Assembly (NCBI GenBank): GCA_013239625.1
Contig: MU057355.1
Coordinates: 14,126,738-14,190,737 of the forward strand
Source of the DNA: Lama guanicoe
Taxonomy: Eukaryota
DNA: 64,000 nt
Reading direction: 5' to 3'
Shown here: one piece after another, positions 35,101-48,190 of the stretch
How the letters are laid out: each line of letters starts with the position of its first letter
Numbering within the stretch: position 1 is the first letter of the stretch
Position numbers and translations under genes: made by a program
The notes under the pieces: generated by a model
Seen by the model: the letters and a program-made list of their open reading frames with translations, nothing else
The model's database searches: none
What the model was told of the DNA's origin: nothing

Positions 35101-37399
35101 GTCATGGTTAATTCAGCAGAGAAGTTCAGAGAGAGAAAAATTAGCATAGAGGAAAAAAAATGAGACCAGTAGCAAGGTGAGCACACATACCCACAAAATG
35201 CTTGCCATGAATCCAGTGTCCTTGCTGTCTCCGCCCCACAAACTCAAGTCAAACTCCAGAGCTGCCAGCACAGGGTGAACCTGCTCAGCAATGTGAACTA
35301 GAGGACCCAGAAGAGGAAAACTGTGCAAATGCTCAGCAGAAATTTTACTATTCCCGATTATCAGAACTGAAAGGAATTTCCCCCTTGGGCTCCTGATAGA
35401 AATACTGTGTGAAACAGTGAATCACACTCTCAATATTCCTACAATAAATACAGCGATGAGTTAATAATGACTTTCCTGGGACTGTTTCTTAGGACATCCT
35501 GCACAGAGTGGCTTGATAACATGACACGAAAGTACAGTTCACTGAGGACAGCTTTAAAGTCAGGGAAGTGATGTCAGTCTTGTGTGTGGCTCTTTGCTAA
35601 CCTGGCTTAGTCAAAGTGACTCCTCCAAGGGGAACAAGCTGCAGATTGTGCCTCTAGGTGATGGAGTGGTTTGGGGGCGTAAACCAATTTCAGTTCTTTT
35701 GCTATGGGAAGCTGATCTATGTCTTACATTCTCGGGTAATTAGATGGATGAATCACTGTCTATTAAAGCCATTTGTACTGTGATTCCATAAAACAATGTC
35801 ATACGCAAAGAAGAGAATGGTTATCTTTGTCTTCTTTAGGAGGAGAGTGGGCCATGAGACCTGGGCTTCCTTTCTAGTTTTCCTAGAAGGGAGCCCTCCT
35901 GATTTAAAGGAGCCCTCGTGCCTACAATCCATCAGAAACCCGAGATTTCTTGTTGTTTTGTAATCTAATGAATTTCAGCACTGTGTGGCCAGGACTGTGG
36001 TGTTAAAAGGCAGGCAGTCAGGCAGCCCCTGCCTGCTGGCAGAAGCGTTTCTAAACACATGTGAGTTGAATGTATAATTGCACCCTAGAAGTATAACTAA
36101 TAAAGGTTTTTTGTCTCTGTTGAGATGGAAAAGTCGATAAAATCCCTAGTAACCCTTCACTGTCTAGAAATGATCTTGGAAGCTAGGTGTCTAGCATTTT
36201 GTATGTCCAACCAACTCTTTTTATTTATATGGCCATTATCCAGTTTTTAAATGTATGAACAAGTTCATCTCTAGTAGGCACAAATTTTAATGTATTTCTT
36301 TTGTTTCTTGATTTGTATTTCCATTCCATTTCTTCCATAGAATTTCATTTGAATGTAACATATTTTTATATTGGACAGTCTTTTATTGATATTTATCTTG
36401 AACAAATACTCTTTTGTAAATCAAAATTAATTCTTTTTATTCTTGTCATTATCAAGATTACTGTTAAAATTTTCATCTGGATTCAGTTAACACAATAGAT
36501 ATTAATACATGATTGATCAAAACAACATAACTATATTATAGATTATAATACTTATTCAACATAAGAAATAAAATTGTACCAAATAGTTTCCTCTTAAGAT
36601 AGATGGGACTGGTGTTTTCAGTTAGTTCGCATATTCATGGGTGAATATTACTTAGTGCTAGAATGGTACAGGATTCAGTATCAATTCTATTTCTTATTTT
36701 TGTTTCTTTATAGCATAAGCATTAATCAACCTGGTTCACATAACTAGATGGGAATGGAAAAAATTTTGTTTTCTCAATTCAACTCAATTATATTCTAAGT
36801 TATATTCTTATATTTATTTATATGTATTCTTAGATTCTAAGTTCTTGTATTTCTTATAATTGTCTAAGAATTATATCATAATTAATAACATATAATTTAT
36901 GTAATTATATAATTAATATATAATATGTTACATATTCATATGCATATGATTCTTATATATTTTTTCTCCTAAGTTATATTTAGAAAATCACATAGTGATC
37001 CATGTTAAAATACTTTTTAGTGATCTTTGAAAAAATGACTTGGCCCTCGTTTAATTTCGCTGAAAGCAAAGCATTAGACATCATAATACTTAGAAAATGA
37101 TTTTTGAAATCCTATCATTAAAGTAATTTACTTTCTCAAAACTATTAGTTTCATTTGCCCCTTTTTTTCAAGCCCTAGACTTCTATACCCATTGTGAGAT
37201 TTAGGATGGATGAGTGGCACGTACAGCAGAGCAGCACAGTTGTGATGGGGAGTAGGGAAAGGAGGACAGCACGTCACCTCTGCAGGTCAACAGTTGTGGA
37301 AATGAGGCTCTGGAAAAAGACTCCTTTAAAACTCTCTCTTTATACCCTCATACCCTTAGAAAGATACTTACTAAACATAAGAAATAAAATGTGCATCTC

Positions 37400-38095
37400 A
37401 GTTTGAGGACTATGTTCTAGTAAAGAAGGAAAAATTTATAAAAATATATGAACTGTGATGTTTTCTGGTACTAAAAAGTGCTATAAAGAAGCTGCAAATG
37501 GTAATATCCTGGAGGGAGGCTGCTATGTGAGATAAGGGGATGGGAGAGACCCTGTGATGGGTGCCATTGGACTTGAGGCCAAGGATGGGCCAGGCAGCTT
37601 GCAGAGCTGGGAAATTCATTCTAACCTGGAGGAACAGCAAGTACAGAGGCCCTGCTGAGAATTAGCTTGGCGTGTTTGAGTAGCAGGAAGAAGGCCAGTG
37701 TGGCCAGAGCACCGTGGGCCGGGGAGGAGTGATGGGAGGGGCCAGAGAAGTGGGCGGGCCTGGAATGTGTGGGGCCCTGAGGAACTGAGTATTATTTTCA
37801 GTGCAATCCAAAGCCATTTGAAGTTTTAACCAGGACAGTGACAGGAGCTGAGTTGTGCTTTAGGAAGATCATTCTGGATGTTAGGAGACGGGGTGGTGGA
37901 TGACAGGGAAGTACTACTAAAGCCAGCAAGCAGCAGTGCCACAGACTAATGCAGTTGTCCCTGAGGACAGGGACAGTAGCTCAGGACAGGGGAGGAACAG
38001 TGGAGCTGAAGGAGGGGTGGAATTGGGGGGATAATTTGTAGAAAACGCCTATAGGAATGACTGAAGGATTGGCTATAGAGTGTAAAGAAAGGAAA
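37400..38095 (-). mobile_element. L2 fragment
   Basis: GAACAGCAAGTACAGAGGCCCTG...GAAGGCCAGTGTGGCCAGAGC...GGAAGATCATTCTGG. Confidence 0.7.
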
Positions 38096-38394
38096 AGAAT
38101 CTCCCTGTAGGGTAAATTCTAGAAGTGGGGTTGCTTAACTATGTCCATGACATATTTCAGCTTCAGACAGTTTGAACCCAGAAGTACTGAGCAGCTCTTT
38201 GGTTCATGGCACTAAGTGACCAAGAACTCCAGTCTGAAAATCTACCTGGATAAGCAATGATATGGACCCCACTCATGGATCGTTGCTCCAAACCTCTATA
38301 CATGTACCAGGCTGTGAAAATAAAATCCCTCAAAATGAAGTCCATTTTCACAAGGGAATTCTTATTGCCACAGTTCTGGTTAGTCCAAAGTATA

Positions 38395-38842
38395 TGCCTA
38401 TCAAGTTGTAAGTGAATTTTCTTTAACTTTTACCCATAAAGATTTGTGATGCTAAAATGTTTCCGAACTATCCATAATTTAAAAAAACAAATTTTGATTA
38501 ACCTAGCAAGAGAAATGATCTAATCTCTCTCGCTATAGAGAGTAGCACAAAAGTGTTGTTCTACAAAGAGGCAGTCAAAGCACACAGCCAAAATGTAGGA
38601 GGAAAAGTATTACAGAGGTGTGTCAGGCAGATAATTAATAAAATTCTACATTATCATGCTTGATTTTGTGATGATCATGGTATTTGTCAGTCTTTTAAAA
38701 TCTGCAATTCATCGTGATTTCTCAGCCTAAATGAGTATTTATTTTCATATTAAATTTGTATTTTGATTTTGTATTCTTTGTGTTGAAGAGGGCTCTGCAA
38801 ATTGTTTCAGCTTTAGGCTCACAGAACCTGGACCTGCCCCTG
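38395..38842. mobile_element. hAT-Tip100 (Zaphod/MER115-like) fragment
   Basis: Terminal AGCTTTAGGCTCACAGAACCTGGACCTGCCCCTG resembles the family end. Confidence 0.45.
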
Positions 38843-39289
38843 GCTAGTGGCATCATTTATAGGGTAGGGGAGGCTTGGCAGGGAGAGAAGACTGTTGTTG
38901 TTTAGGGGGATGTAGTGTGTGGGGGGTTATCAACACTTCTGCGGGGTTTTTTTAGTTTTTTTTTTTAAGGAAGTGCAGCTAGATTAAGTAAGAAATGACT
39001 ATTATACATCCAAGTGAAATCTAGGCAGGTGGATAAATAAATCTGGAACTCAAGAGTTCTGGATTGGAGACATAAGTTTGAGTGTAACCCGTGCATGGTT
39101 GGTGTTTGAAGCCCAAGATCTATAAAATTACCCAGGGAAGGAGTTGATAGAGAAGGAAGAGAAGTGGGTTCCTGAAAGGGTTCTGAGCTCATCAACATTT
39201 GGAAATTTGTTTATTTATTTGTTTGTTTATGTTTTTTATTTGCACCAGGCAGGCATTCTGGCTGATTTTATTTTAATTAGTTAATTAAT

Positions 39290-39688
39290 TTTCCTTGAAG
39301 TATGGTTGGTTTACAGTGTTGTGTTAGTTTCTGGTGTACAGCATAGTGAATCAGTTATATATATATTTTCATATTCTTTTTCATTATAGGCCATTACAAG
39401 GTATTGGATGTAGTTCCTGGTGCTATACAGTAGGACCTTGTTTATCTATTTTATACACAGTAGTTTGTATCTGCAAATCCCGAACTCCCAGTTTATCCCT
39501 CCCCACCCTCCTTACTCCTGGTAACCATAGGTTTGTTTTTTATGTCTGTGAGTCTCTTTCTGTTTTGTAAATAAGTTCATTTGTATCATTTTTTTAGATT
39601 CCACATGTGATATCATATAGTATTTGTTTTTGACTTGCTTCACTTAGTATGACGATCTCCAGGTCCATCTGTGTTGCTGTAAATGGCA
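39290..39688 (-). mobile_element. Artiodactyl-type L1 3' end
   Basis: TGCTATACAGTAGGACCTTG...GTAACCATAGGTTTGTTTT...TAGATTCCACAT. Confidence 0.85.
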
Positions 39689-40394
39689 GAGCCTCAGCAG
39701 CAGCAGCCAGTTGATGTGGAGGGAGCCAGGAAGGCGGGTAGCCCAGGGGCCTGGGGGAAAGGACTCCATGGAAGAGGGGAGTCAGTCAGGCCAAACCCTG
39801 CTGCGAGGCCGAGAAAGACGAAGACAGAGCTGGCCAAGGGCCTTGGCTATCAGTGACTCTGACAAGAGCCATTTCCTTAGAGTGGTGGGTAAAGCACAGC
39901 TGGGTTTGAGAAGAGTTTGGGAGAGTGTGGCTGGTGAGGAAGCAGTGACAGCGCATGTAGACATCCCACTTGAAGAGGACGGCTGTGACAGGGAGCAGAA
40001 AAAGGCAGCAGTAGCTGGAGGAGGGTGTGGGCACAAGGGAGTGTGTTTGCATTTTTTTAATGTGTGATATCCACACACAAAAATGCATATTGATGTGTGG
40101 ATGTGAGTGAGCCAATAGAGAGGAAAATTGATGATGCAGGAAAGAATGGGGATGATTGTAGAGGAATCTGGGGTCCAAATGGAAGCATTTCCCTTAAGAG
40201 CAAGGAAAGAGGGATGGTAGAGAATGGGGTCACCAGTGCAGGCAGGCAGGTGGATTTGGTGTTGGGAGCATGAGGTAGTCCTCATCTGATTCCATCTATC
40301 ATCTGTACACAGCATGCAGCGAGTTTAGAATCAGGGAATGACTGTTCTGTTTTTTTAAAATTATTTTTATGTTTATAGCAGCTTTTTTTCAAGG

Positions 40395-40600
40395 TTTTTT
40401 TTTATATTGAAGTATAGGTTTACAATTTACAGGTTGTGTTAATTTCTGATGTACAGCATAGTGATTCATTTATACACATACATATATACATATATATTAT
40501 TTTTCATATTTTTTCATTATAGGTTATTAAAAGGTATTGAATATAGTTCCGTGTGCTATATAGTAGGACCTTGTTATTTATCTATTTTATATGTAGTTGT
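40395..40600 (-). mobile_element. Artiodactyl-type L1 3' end
   Basis: TTGAATATAGTTCCGTGTGCTATATAGTAGGACCTTGTT. Confidence 0.85.
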
Positions 40601-42164
40601 TTAATAGCAGCTTTATTTTAAATGACTAAGAACTGGAAGAAAAAAAATAACAGCACCAAATCTACATCAACTGCAGAATGAGTAAATAATGTTGTTGTCC
40701 AGCATGACTATTCTGACTATTGGAGAGGAGGGACAAGAGAAAGAGTATTGAAGTTTTGAGATGAGAAAAGAAATGTAAATAGTTCTCCAGTAGAAAAGTA
40801 ATAGAACTTTTCCGTTTGTATATTTTTATACCAAATTGTAAAACTCTTTGAGGGAAGCCCCAGCTGTTACCCATTTCCAGAAGTCCCATAGAACCCACAT
40901 GGCATCTCGCACAAGGCAGGCCCCTGATGCACTCCTGTTGGGTGGGTGGGTGGCCGGATGAAGGAGAGGAGCCGTGGAGAAATCCAAAGGGAGAAGTGAG
41001 TGTCATCAGAAGACGTAAAAAACTTCATCAAATGGGCGGGGGTCGGGGGATATGGAAGATCAGGAGACGAGACCTGGGTGTGGCGGGAGGGAAGCTGCAA
41101 GTGTAGCTTCTCGGAAGGCTTCTCCCGATTTGAGCAGAGACAGGCGGGTTTGAGACGATGGGGAGATACATTTGTTCGTGTTCGTAAGACAGGCCCAAGT
41201 GTGTTATGCCTTAAAGGTTGTGCTAAGGAGTTTGGATTCCAACTGAAATTAGCATGTATGTGGTGCCCAGGCTGAGACTTTGATTTGAAACTTTGGCTAT
41301 AACCTGGAAAAACTAAAATTTGAAAGCCACAAGTAGTTTTATGTTACTCAAAATGTACAGACTTCCGTTTTGGGGGAAACCATCTGAATGAGTCTTTATA
41401 CTACAAAAATGTAAAGTAAATGTGGCTTTTTCAAATGAATATGTTATTAAATCCAGAGGCTAAGCTCCTCTGTAAGATAAGGGAACAGATTCCAACTGAT
41501 GGTGCAGAAAGACTTGCATCTCTGCAGATGTGTTTCCCTTAGAAAAATGTTTTCTTACACCCGCTGGCCGATGAATGTATTCTGCTTGGAGGAGTGTGTT
41601 CTTGTTCAGTCGATGTTCATAGGAGGCCAGAAGGCAAAATGGTGGGGATGATGAATTGAAAATGACTTCACCTTACCAAGGGGACTGGTTTGGATTTGGC
41701 AGGATTCAACCTGGACTGAACTTCTGATATCCTGCCCTAATGAAGACTGATTAGCCCAGAAAGTACCATGGAACACTGTTGTGTTATGATGTGGTTGCCA
41801 GGAAGTACCCCTTAAGAGGAGGGCGGTGTTTTCTCTTTAAAGGAGTGAACATCACTGTTGTCCATCACACTGGGAAGAAGTAGATCCTAGAACAGGATAT
41901 AAAGATTGAGAAGGTTGACCTCAGACTGGAGTAGAGGAGAAATGCCTTTCTTTTGTTGGGCCTCAGGTGATGGACCTGGCTGTGCTCTGGGTCCTTCCAG
42001 GGATGGGTATGGGTGACTTCTTTGTAAGCAGGTCAACATTTAAGCAACTGTTGAATCAGTATGTCAGCCTGTAGATTCAGAGAAATTGTATCTTATATAG
42101 CTCTAAGTTCTCTTCCTGTGCTTCCCTGAACTTTGAGTCAAGTTCAATCTAAGTTCAAAACAAA

Positions 42165-42337
42165 TTTCTTCTATATAGCACAGGGAAAGTTATTCAATAT
42201 CTTGTAGTAACCTATAATGAAAAAGAATATGAAAAGGAATATATGTATATGTATGACTGAAGCATTATGCTGTACACCAGAAATTGACACATTGTAACTA
42301 AGTATACTTCAGTATATTAAAAAACAAAAACAAAAAA
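42165..42337 (+). mobile_element. Artiodactyl-type L1 3' end
   Basis: TATAGCACAGGGAAAGTTATTCAATATCTTGTAGTAACCTATAATGAAAAAGAATATGAAAAGG. Confidence 0.85.
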
Positions 42338-44649
42338 CTAAGCCCGAAAGAAGAACCCACTGGGACATGTTTGGGTGCCAGTGAGGAAAGACTGTGCAGA
42401 GCCCCTCCCACAGGCCGGTATGGTAGAGGCATTAAACAAACCGCCATGCACCACAGAGCAGTGGTCCCCCAAGACCATGGGCAGCAGTGGTGCTGGCTTG
42501 GTGGCTTTGCAAGGAAATACTGTTATCAGACATGAGACATTAAACACCCCATAAGGGATTCTCCGAAATAACTGGGAGAAACTCTACAGGACCAAGTGTG
42601 GCCAAAGTCACAGTTGAGCAATTTAATAAAAATTGTTGGAATTTAAATAGGTCATGATAAAGTAATCCCTTATCTCCCTTCCAAATTTGGAATGGATAGA
42701 GATTTAGGCACAGGGGTCTACACATATGAAATTATCAGCCTTATTATCACTATCACTGGTATGGACATTGCATACAAACATGGCAAATGACCAGGCAGCA
42801 GACACACCAGCTCTGCTAGGGCAGTGTTCCTTGGGGAAAACATTGAGACAGAAACAGTAAAACATGTGTGAGTCCCACGGTGATCAGTGGAGCAAGACAT
42901 CAGATTCCAGGAAATGGACCCCGACTCTTGGGCTGTGAAGTTTTAAAGCTATGTTATTAAAGAAACACCAGGCCCTCCCCTGGAGTAATTAGTGGTCAGA
43001 GTACAACACAAGGTTGTGGCATGGTAGAACCTTGGCTCCAGCCCTTTCCTACCGAATCAGGGTTTGGGGTGGGGGATCACTGGCCCCTCCCCTTGTATAA
43101 TTGGAGTGGGGGTGTCCAAGCCTTGCCTCTGCAGATGTATACTCTGGCAACCTAGCAGCAAGGCTTATCCCAGTACTCATGACTGGGGAAGTACCACCTT
43201 TCTCTGGCCTGCTCAAAGAGCTGGATCCAAACCAAGAGATTAACCGGGATTGGCCACCTTCAACCCTGAACTGTAACTTTCTTCCTTGGATCTTTGTAGC
43301 CAACTCCTTTTCTAGAAGGCTGATGGATAAGAATCAGTCTTGGACAAGTTAAGGCATACCTTTCTGAGTCTCACCCAAACAAGCTTCCTACCCCTTCTTC
43401 CTTAGTCCCTCACTCTCCCAGAACCATAGGCTTTCTTGTGCAGGGGCAGGGTCTGCCTAAGTGAGTTTACTGATTAGAAGAGCAGAAAATGTGTGTCCTG
43501 AGGCAGTGTACTCTGAAAGAGAATACCCAGAAAAGGCTGGATTTCAGTCTTCTCCCAACTCATCAATTAGCTTAGTCATTCACCTACCCTTGGGGAGGGA
43601 AAGTGAAGAGCTGAGGAGCCTTCCCCTGATGCTTTTCTCTCCTGGGGAAGGAACACAAGTTCTGGGCATGGATGATGATGACGGTTCCAGAACACCAAGA
43701 ATATATTTAATGCCAGTAAACCATTCCCTTAAAAATGGTTAAAATGATAAATTTTAGTTATGTTTTACTGTAACTATCAAACAAACAAATGAACTGAATC
43801 TAATCTTGTTTTGGGGTTTGTCTTGCTTTATTTTGAACAGTTAATATATTCACATGGTTTTAAGTTTAAAAAACAAAAATGATACCTCTACCATCTGTCC
43901 TAGCCAATCCATTTCCCTCTGCAGAGATTAATACTTCTACCAGCATTCTGGTATTCTTTCAGAGATATTTTATGTATACCCAAGCAAATACTTAAAAAAA
44001 AGATTTTTGACACAAATGGCATCAAATTTTACACACTGTTCTGCAATTTGCTTTTTTAGATTAATGAAATTTCCTGGGGAATGTTCCCTGTCAGTGTATC
44101 AGAGTTCCAGCATTCATAGCCATCTATTTTGCCAATGCATGGATGGTCCACAGTTGTTTTAACCAATCCTCCATTGTGGTAAAAATCTAGATGCTTCTAC
44201 TCTCTTCTATTCCAAACACTGAATAGCCTCTAATATCGTTTCTCACATCCATCTACTCATAGGAGAGACTCCCAGACATGGAATTGTCTAGCCATGGTTT
44301 TAATAGTTTTCAACTTAGGCACACATACCTCTGACACTCTTGAGTGACACTGGAATGGAGTAAGATCTCTATTCTGACAAGCTAACCAGAAAAGTGGTGG
44401 TATGTATCCCACTCATAAACCACTGCACCCACTTTTATACAGGTACTAAAGTGGGAAAAAGCATCAAATGAACCCTGAGAAAATAATGTCCATTTTCAAA
44501 GAGCATCTCTTTCTGTCAGAGGCCTGGTCAGTCTATAACATGTAACGACCTGACTGTACATGAGTCTTCTTTAAATAATTCCTCACATTTTTCCCAATGT
44601 AACTTCCTCATGTGTCTATACATATGATCTGTTTGGTTCTGTAACAATT

Positions 44650-44815
44650 CAAGCACCCATCAGGTTAGCCTGAGAAGGTGATATTACCAGCTATGATAGA
44701 TAAGGAAACAAAATAGCAGAGGCCAAGAGAAGTTGTAACTTGTTCAATGTCACCAAGCAAATTAGTGGAAGAGTCTGGATTAAGATCCAGGTCAATAATC
44801 TAATTTTGTGCTCTT
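44650..44815 (-). mobile_element. MIR SINE
   Basis: GATAAGGAAAC...TAACTTGTTCAATGTCAC...ATTAGTGGAAGAG. Confidence 0.55.
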
Positions 44816-47800
44816 TCTCATAATCTATATTGTCCTATCTCTTCAGTTCTCAAAAATAAATGAACTGTTTCATAACCTACTGGGCACAGGAGAGATCTCA
44901 GTTTATTGACATCCAGTGACTGCCTCACTGTTTATAACTTTGTCCTGTTGCTTCTCAGATGCTGAAGATGAACAGAGACGATGTCTTAGGGATAAAAGAT
45001 ATCCTCAAACAAGGGAGACTCAGAAGGGCCTCTGTCTTCCAAGCTTGCCTACAGTCTAGTGTGGCCAAGATGGGAACAGGTAAGTCTGAGCTTTGGCTGA
45101 TACTGCTACCCAGAAGGAACAGAAAGGGAATGAATTTCAAACACAGGGAACATTTTTCACATTGTGTACACCAAAATGCTCTGAACTATTTAAAACCCTT
45201 CTCATGCACAGCAACTCAGGGTGGCACAGAAAAGAACAAAGCATTGCATACTGAGAAGCCATTCTGGGGCCACCAGACAATAGGCATTGGCACTGATGGG
45301 AGTAACCTGGGGTGTGTATATACAGTCCACTAGAAATTCACGTGGTGTAAACTTCAAGCCATTGTAGAGAGAGCAACCAAGAATTCTTCAGAGTTAGTAT
45401 TTCTAATCTTGGTCTATGAAAGAGTCTGAGTGCAGTCCTCAGATCTCACTGGAGTGACACAAGAAAGGTTTGTGTCTCACCTGTGTCACAATGAGGTAGT
45501 GGTTGTGTGGGGGAGCGGGAGGGGGACCACACTCCCTGCGATCAGCGAAGTCCTGTCCACCACCTCCACCGCATTCCATTGGCCGGCGCTCAGTGAGTGG
45601 TTCTCACGGCTCTGGAGGCTGGGACGTGAGCTTTCCACTCTGCTCAGGAGAGAAAAGAAGGGTTTAGGTGAACACACAGCCATCTCTGTGCTCCATCAAC
45701 ATAAACAGGCTCAGAACGTAAATGGTGAAGGATGCAGATGAGAACTGGGACAGTGAAAGAAAGAAAAGACCTGATCAGGATTGGCTAGATAAATTTGTCC
45801 GTAGACAAATCTTTGATAAAAAGGATGGGGAAATGGATTCCAGAACTAGGCTGTCTCTTACTGATGGCTTTGTGGCTGTGTAATGAACTGCACATAACTC
45901 TCATTTCATATTTAGAGTCAGTGATTCTCAGTTTTCCATTTTTGCTGTCTTTATAAAGTCATGGGATAAAGAACCCTAGGGGATATTTCTAATGAGGTGG
46001 CTGGGCAGGGAGAGTCTTACTTACAACTGAGGTCAAGATTCTTGGTCCAGGGCACTGAGCAGGAAGGGTTCACCTTCAGGATGGCCACCCTGGACAGACT
46101 TATTCCTGTCTGGAGTGCTACCCACTTCACTCATATCCTGGAGAAACTCGTAAGTGAGCGAGTATCAACCACAGGGTCCCTGGCAGGGCTATTTTAAAAC
46201 CACACACCGAAACAAATCGCAGGGAAGTTAAAAAACAAACAACCATAACTAAAGCATCTCAGCTATTTTAAAAAGAGCTGGAGCTTCATGACTTGAAACC
46301 CAAATTCCTGTGAGCTTGGCAACCACTCTGCTCTGAAACGCACGTCCCTTTGCCAGCGGAATGTTTAAAAACACAGCTAAGCTCTAGTCTCTGAAGTATA
46401 AGCCTTCTCTAACCTCAGAAATGTGAGTGTCTATGCGAGAGGGCCCATGAGGGCGGGCTTATGAGACTATGTCTGTGTTAGAGTGTGTGTCTGGGTTGTT
46501 GTGTGTATTAGTTACTCTGTGTCTGTGCACGGGTGTGTTTGCTTGTTTGTGAAATTCAGGGCAGGACAGAAGAAGGCAACTCAAGTGGATCCACGTTTTA
46601 CCTTACATCATATGAAACTCTAGTTAATTGGCTGATGAGAAATAAAAACCCACAGGTAACTGACGTTAGGGTCGTTAAGAACTTCCCAGAAGACCTAACC
46701 CGTGCTGGCTCTGTAATCACAAGCACCCGCAAAGTTCTGCCTCACTGAGGAAAAAGCAGAGTGCACCTGCCAGCTGATGTCTGCCTGGAGGAAGAAAGAC
46801 AGGGCTTCAACTCCAAGCAGAAGAGCGCCAGCCCCTCCTCTCTGCTTGGCTGTCACGCTCAGTTGCACTGTGTGTGGGTCTGCCTGTCAGCCTGTGCTGT
46901 ATCCTACGGCACTCCTCCGGATCTTACTGTCTGCTGTGTGTTCCCAAAGACCTGTTGCCCCTACCTGTTAGCACCTAGGAAGACTCTGGTTGCTATAACA
47001 ACAGATCCCATCCCCCACAGTTTTCTCTGGCTGTGCACAAGGCTGCCTGTCAATCTGTGCTGACTTTGCCCAGCCCTCAGCCTGGCCCACTCCAGACCTG
47101 CCCTGCCTGTTCTCACCCAGATGCCAGCACCAAGCATTAGTGTTTCCCAAGAGTGGAGAGAGGAAAATAGAGACTCAGTAAGTGAGTAAATATAAGCAGA
47201 GCTTCTGTAAGTCCTTCTCATCGTGGCATGTCTGCGTTTCCTTCACTGCTGCTTTATCTAGGCTCTTGTAGGCTTGGAGCAAGACCAGGAAGTCGGCTCT
47301 CAGTTGGTTTGCTGGGATGTTTTCTTAATAATCTTGTTGAAGGGCAGATGAATTCGGGATATTTTCAGATCTAGCAACAGAAACACACTGCCTTTACAGC
47401 AAAGATACCTTTTGGCGGAGTTGTCTTTTCATTTGTAGGGCTTTTCTCAGAGTCCAAATTGGGGGAAGAGAGTGGGTGAGGTGTTGCTCTGTGATCTTGC
47501 TGCAAACTGGAAGGAATCAGGTTTGCACACTGAAATCTTAAGGGTGATGATTTTTGTATTGTGATTGGAGTCACATTGGCAGTCGTCCTCGTAGCCAGGA
47601 GAGCCACGTGACTAATGTGAGCTCTGAAGGCACTAACAGGACTGCCTCTTCTAATGCAGGAGCGGCAGCTCAGGGCACTGCAGGCTGCATAAGCAATTGC
47701 CCTGACAGTTGTACAGCCTGGCGTGAGCATTAATCCTCTGGGTGGATTCAGGCTCGTTCCTTCTCTACCAATCTTGGTTGCTAAGAGCAGGTGACCTCAC

Positions 47801-48004
47801 AAACTATTTTAGCAACTTGTACTGCTGGGAATCATTCTCTTGGGAACCTCAGAAGCTGGCAAAATAAATCTTTGTACTCACTCGGTTTATATTCTGACAA
47901 CACTACCTGAAAACCTCTCCTTTGAGAAGGAAAGGCTTATCCCAAGCAAAGGCAACTGATGGAATAGATTCCCCTTGTGTGGCTTTGAAGGTGTTAATGG
48001 AATA

Positions 48005-48190
48005 ATAATAATTGCTTACATGTTGATAAGCTTTACAGGTCCCAGAGTCCTCTCACGAGCTCCATTTCATTTGATCTTTGCAGTTACCATGTGAGGGAGG
48101 CAGGGTTGACCTTGACTGGCATCCCTCTCAGCAGCTCAGTGGGATTAAATGGCTTGCCAATGTCACAAGGTGAGTCATTGGCACAGATTG
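48005..48190 (-). mobile_element. MIR SINE (contains TGAGTCA at 48171-48177)
   Basis: ATTTCATTTGATCTT...GGATTAAATGGCTTGCCAATGTCACAAG. Confidence 0.55.

Noticed and set aside
36770-36985. Extremely AT-rich stretch (a similar one at 57360-57620)
   Set aside because: Low-complexity TA expansion; no structure that supports a functional call
39711-40315. 118-177-aa ORFs on both strands
   Set aside because: They lie in degraded L2-like sequence with no intact coding signature
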